From: Circinaria calcarea
Lineage: Eukaryota
Reading direction: 5' to 3'
Assembly: GCA_051942165.1 (NCBI GenBank)
Contig: JAVECS010000007.1
Span: forward strand, 1 to 53,268
DNA length: 53,268 nucleotides
This document shows positions 50,993 to 53,268 of this stretch, piece after piece; position 1 is the stretch's first letter; each line of letters starts with the position of its first letter. The position numbers and the translations under genes are program-made. A model generated the notes under the pieces. The model had not been told where the DNA came from. It made no database searches and saw only the letters and a program-made list of their open reading frames with translations.

Positions 50993-52546
50993 ATGCCAGA
51001 TATAGACCCCGCGGCTCTTACTCGCTCAGATTCCTTCACACAGCCTTTAGTGTCTTCGAGTACAACCTCCAAATCAAACGGGCATGCTGCTTCGGCTTCC
51101 CAAAAGATATCCAAGTCGGTCAATACTGCGCAGCGCATAGACCTTGAGCCGCTATATACGAGCCTAAAGTCAGCCATTGGAGACCACTGGGGACAATATA
51201 AAGAGGCGATCAGTCTGTTCGTACTTGGTATGCACGCGTCAAGCGTCTAAAAGATTGGTTTCCCCCAATATCATAGATGCCTCAGCTGATGCGCCGGCTT
51301 CTTCCTTCAGGTCACCTCAACCAAAACGAGCTCTCGCTCCGAATAGACTACTTTCTGGCTGCAGACCCTGCGACCGAGCATCTCCACAATCAGCTCGTAG
51401 CAGCAATCTACGCCAATGTTCCCCGCGACCTGCCGGAGCCAGGAATTGCCCCCTGGGTCTCTGCAAATGACAAGCCTGCACTCCTTTCGAAGCCTATGAC
51501 CGGTGATGCCGCAGAGCAAAGACTTAAGACGGAGGTTATGCAACTGCCAGCCCGAGATCGAAGGCGGCTAAAGGAAGTGCCTGATGTAAGTCATTGGGTG
51601 TATAAGGATGAGAGATTCATCCGGACCCATTCGGACCCATTTAGAAGACGTTTGCAATATAATTGTATGCTGAATCTTCCACGTTTATCCAGGTCGATCA
51701 TTCAGATATGCTCCTCAATGCTATATCGGAGTATCACCTTGCGAAGCAGTTTAAGATACCCGACGCAGCACCAATAAATACAGGAGGGGCACATAAGACA
51801 AGTATGTCCTCCCTTTAACACATGAATTTAGGATAATAACCAGAGATGTAGATTGGGATCTTGAGATCCGCAAACGTTACTCGCAGCCCCTGGCCTCCGA
51901 AACTGGCGAATTCCCAGACGCAGAAACAATCCATGGTCGCATGGTGCCAATTTGCTACGAAGAATCACTCGTTAACGGCTGCGCTCCTCATTGCGCGGAG
52001 TTTTTAGCTACAGCAACCGAACAGTTCATCAAAGAAATTCTCTCTTCAATTTACAGTCGCACGCGGAGCAACATACCTTCAAGTAGTGGTAATGGTATTA
52101 TGACGCATAGGTATAGGCGACAATTAGAGAAAGAAGAGGAAGCTCTTCTCAAGGGAGATCTATTTAGAGGACAGGGAAATGGCATGTTACCCGTCGAAGT
52201 GAAGGAAGCAACGGGACGAAGGCCCCTGGGGATGAGTGACTTGCGCCTGGCGCTCGAGGTAGGCGATTGTGGCCTGGGGCAAATGCCTACAGTAGTCCAG
52301 AAGGTGATGGGAGGATACTTAGAAGGGGAGCTAGAGGACTATGGACGAGAAGATGGGGAAGACGGTCAAAGAGGTGATCTGAACGAGCAGATGAATGGTG
52401 TCAAGGTCATAACAAACGGAGTCAATGGAGTCCACGGCGAGGAGCCCTCGATAGATGAGTCCGATTGGGGATGGGAAGGAGGCGGACCTGCTGATCGTGA
52501 GAAGCTCAACTCATTACTTGACGAATGCCTGGCCATTGGACAGTAA
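50993..52546 (+). CDS. ADA1: SAGA complex subunit Ada1/Hfi1 (SAGA-Tad1 domain), about 4 exons
   Basis: [54 protein letters not shown] histone-fold region. Confidence 0.85.
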
Positions 52547-53268
52547 GTAGCATGGGTATCGGACTTCGACCGTCCCGTTCAGCCCTCCTTGACCCTTGAT
52601 GGTTTCGATTTACACGCTTGCATGCTGGTGTACGCGCATTATTGGAAAATGGGATGTCGTTTCAGGCTGCAGGATATCGTTGTTCTATATGTCGATACAG
52701 GATGGCGTTTTGACAAACGCATTTGCGTGGTAAAGATACCCCATGAATGCTGTATATGAGATGAACGACAGACGATGGTTAGGGGTATGGGATTGGGGTC
52801 ATCAGTGGACCTAACGGTCTGAAATATCTCGATTCACGGCCTTGCTGGATACCTTCTGGCCAACGTCTGTAGAGATTTTTTTAAAAAAAGGGTCTTTGCT
52901 GTATATGCATGTTTTGTGTTGGCTAACCTCCACTCGTATTACGTATTTTATATACTTTACTACATGGAGGATGAAGATTACCTTCCTTTTCCCATGAGCC
53001 TCTGAGCGACAAAATTGCTGTTAGAGGGGTATAACGACGTGACCCGCTTCACCCGAAGAATTATGATACTCCATTCAGTCCAAGGACCTAGCCTTATCTT
53101 TCTCTCCTCAGCATCTCTGGATGCTTGTGTACACTTGGCATCAAGCCCATCCCGATAGCCCTTCGAATGGCTTTGGCGATTCGCCGCTGATTCACGTTCC
53201 GTAAGCCGGTGTCTCTTGGATGCTTGATTCGACCCAAAGGCGTCATGTATTCTGACATCATGGAATAG

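Overview
Gene-dense, intron-rich nuclear DNA of a filamentous ascomycete (Pezizomycotina). A lichen-forming Lecanoromycete is plausible but is only my inference. I could reconstruct 17 protein-coding genes by hand from GT..AG introns and CTRAY branch points: a coiled-coil protein, MRM2, ATG7, dCMP deaminase, HIS7, MPE1, a Cys-patterned orphan with an internal duplication, a Yippee protein, NASP/Sim3, DPB2, an FLC/TRP-like channel, a GH128 glucanase, HRP1, GYP1, DIM1, PRP6 and AIP1. A FUSC/ArAE-type membrane protein and SAGA ADA1 bring the total to 19. Two AT-rich islands of about 450 bp with inverted ends look like RIP-degraded MITE relics. I found no tRNA, rRNA or CRISPR. The window is mostly housekeeping, with no clear novel multi-gene system. 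The best leads are: (1) a 1.1-kb intron in HRP1 holding a hidden 33-nt cassette exon that can act as a poison exon, next to a UA-loop hairpin, suggesting autoregulation; (2) the duplicated-domain Cys orphan; (3) a possible Mde4/Lrs4-like protein; (4) frequent AAG 3' splice sites. All exon coordinates are manual predictions.
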